A stretch of DNA of 64,000 nt from Bacteroidota bacterium (GTDB lineage: Bacteria > Bacteroidota > Bacteroidia > Chitinophagales > UBA8649). The stretch lies in NCBI GenBank assembly GCA_002862745.1, contig PKDX01000048.1, positions 8,696-72,695 of the forward strand, in the 5' to 3' direction. Position numbers and translations under genes: made by a program. The notes below the pieces were generated by a model that was given only the letters and a program-made list of their open reading frames with translations, made no database searches and had not been told where the DNA came from. Below, in pieces: positions 62,997-64,000 of this stretch (its first letter is position 1; each line of letters starts with the position of its first letter).

Positions 62997-63072
62997 GTCT
63001 TTTATTTAGTCTATCTCTACCCTCTACGTTGAGCAGGTCAAAAGTATGGTAATCTTCTCAAAGTATATTGCC

Positions 63073-64000
63073 TTACATAAAGCGCACTTTCGCTTTTCGT
63101 ACAACTTTCCAAACTCCCTGGCTTTCCCGAATTCCTCCAGCACGCTCAAGTTCTATACTTCTTGGTTCGGGATGTTCAGGATTTACAGGAACGGCAAAAT
63201 GGGCAAGCGTATGCTCCCAATTCGCCAATAAATTACGCTGAGATGTTGGATTAGTGACAATTTGGAATTCACCGTAATCCGCTTCTTCATCGCGTAGAAA
63301 GACCCTAATCACTGCCTCAGGGCTGTAATCTGTCATCATGGCTGAGGAGGGGAACTCACCTTGGGCATTAGGTGCACTGAAGAAAACAACGGAACGCTGA
63401 CCCTCTATATTTGGTGGATAGCTCACGTGCCCTGGATTATCATCTTCAGGGCGCTTAGTTGCCTCTTCTTTTTTTGTTTCTTGATTTTCTTCTTCATTAA
63501 ATACCTGGGTGTCCTCTACTTGATTAAAAGGAATCTCGCCAGTGACCTCTTGAGCGGTGTTATCGTTGCTTTGATCTGGATTTTTCTTTTCCACCACTTC
63601 CTCATTAACAGCTTTTGGAATTTGAGTTATTTGTTGATTTTCCATAAGAGATCTAAGCTCTCGTTCTCTTTCGCTTAACAGGCGTTTGAGTTTATATTGC
63701 TCAGCATTGAACTGCGCGCTTTCGTCCCGGAGGCGTTTAGTTGACTGTTCGAGATCCTCTTTTTCGAGATTCAGTTTATAATAGAGGAAGGCAAGTAAGC
63801 CAATTACTCCAAGCAACAAAAGAATGATTATAATAAATACCAAATTGCTACCGCTTTTTTCTTCAGTCACTTGTTCTTCGCCATTCTCTCCACGAATTTC
63901 ATTCTCACCGTTCTCGGTTTGAGTGTTACTCGGAGAACTGTTAGTGCTTGAATTCTCTTCGATTTCAGGAAAGTCAACAATTTCTGCGATGTCTACGACT
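63073..64000 (-). CDS. Hypothetical single-pass membrane protein with coiled-coil and acidic linker; N-terminus probably outside the window
   Basis: The track starts it at GTG 63870, but my translation shows the frame stays open to position 64000 (...ENGENEIRGENGEEQVTEEKSGSN). It has a TM helix (LVFIIIILLLLGVIGLLAFLYY), a coiled-coil, an E/N/Q-rich linker, and a roughly 100-aa C-terminal domain with no recognised motif. Confidence 0.5.
   Translation of the reverse strand, partial: VVDIAEIVDFPEIEENSSTNSSPSNTQTENGENEIRGENGEEQVTEEKSGSNLVFIIIILLLLGVIGLLAFLYYKLNLEKEDLEQSTKRLRDESAQFNAEQYKLKRLLSERERELRSLMENQQITQIPKAVNEEVVEKKNPDQSNDNTAQEVTGEIPFNQVEDTQVFNEEENQETKKEEATKRPEDDNPGHVSYPPNIEGQRSVVFFSAPNAQGEFPSSAMMTDYSPEAVIRVFLRDEEADYGEFQIVTNPTSQRNLLANWEHTLAHFAVPVNPEHPEPRSIELERAGGIRESQGVWKVVRKAKVRFM

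Noticed and set aside
1-64000. Scan for mobile elements, prophage genes, CRISPR-Cas, restriction-modification, toxin-antitoxin or other defence islands, and for tRNA, rRNA or large ncRNA genes.
   Set aside because: No transposase, integrase, recombinase, Cas, methyltransferase, nuclease-NTPase or reverse-transcriptase signatures appear in any listed ORF. The longest intergenic gap is about 226 bp, and I could find no tRNA-like cloverleaf there. The window reads as conserved core genome.

Overview
Dense (roughly 90% coding) chromosomal segment that looks like a Bacteroidota genome, probably Flavobacteriia-like. The taxon call rests on a T9SS-type C-terminal sorting domain, a bamA-skp-skp-murI cluster, the glmS / DUF4270-like / short glycogen-synthase-like / panC / panD gene order, TAnnTTTG-type -7 boxes and no Shine-Dalgarno sequences. 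All calls come from reading the supplied translations and the DNA by eye; no BLAST or HMM search was run, and family names (DUF numbers especially) are from memory.

I support about 60 protein-coding genes, mostly housekeeping:
- DNA repair and recombination: dprA, uvrB, uvrA, recA, HU.
- Envelope biogenesis: lpxK, glmS, uppS, bamA, two skp/ompH, murI, mlaEF-like.
- Cofactors: panC, panD, pdxH, nadK.
- Central metabolism: carB, sucD, fabG, an acyl-CoA dehydrogenase, a purine nucleoside phosphorylase.
- Tyrosine catabolism: hmgA, hppD.
- Translation and secretion: rpsP, ffh.

Four clean bidirectional intrinsic terminators sit at convergent gene junctions. I saw no rRNA, tRNA, CRISPR array, transposase, integrase, phage gene or recognisable defence system. 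No intergenic gap exceeds about 230 bp, so there is little room for a large ncRNA.

The most unusual item is a 750-aa single ORF (46516..48768). It fuses an AttH/CrtC-like (carotenoid-hydratase / lipocalin-like) domain to a type-III GGPP-synthase-like prenyltransferase. It has a forced non-ATG start 16 nt after carB and no carotenoid genes nearby. This is a candidate uncharacterised bifunctional isoprenoid enzyme.

Secondary oddities:
- A ribosomal protein S16 with a roughly 190-aa Ala/Glu/Pro tandem-repeat tail.
- A secreted vWA protein wedged between hmgA and hppD.
- A tightly coupled MarC / 105-aa protein / hemolysin-III operon.
- A GAF-PP2C phosphatase next to a membrane GT2 with a QRRRW motif.
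- An ECF sigma factor followed by a perfect 11-bp hairpin and an 88-aa partner with no TM segment.
- A short glycogen-synthase-like protein lacking the KTGGL motif.
- A carB without the C-terminal allosteric domain.

None of these amounts to a clear multi-gene novel system. Overall the window is ordinary core genome.
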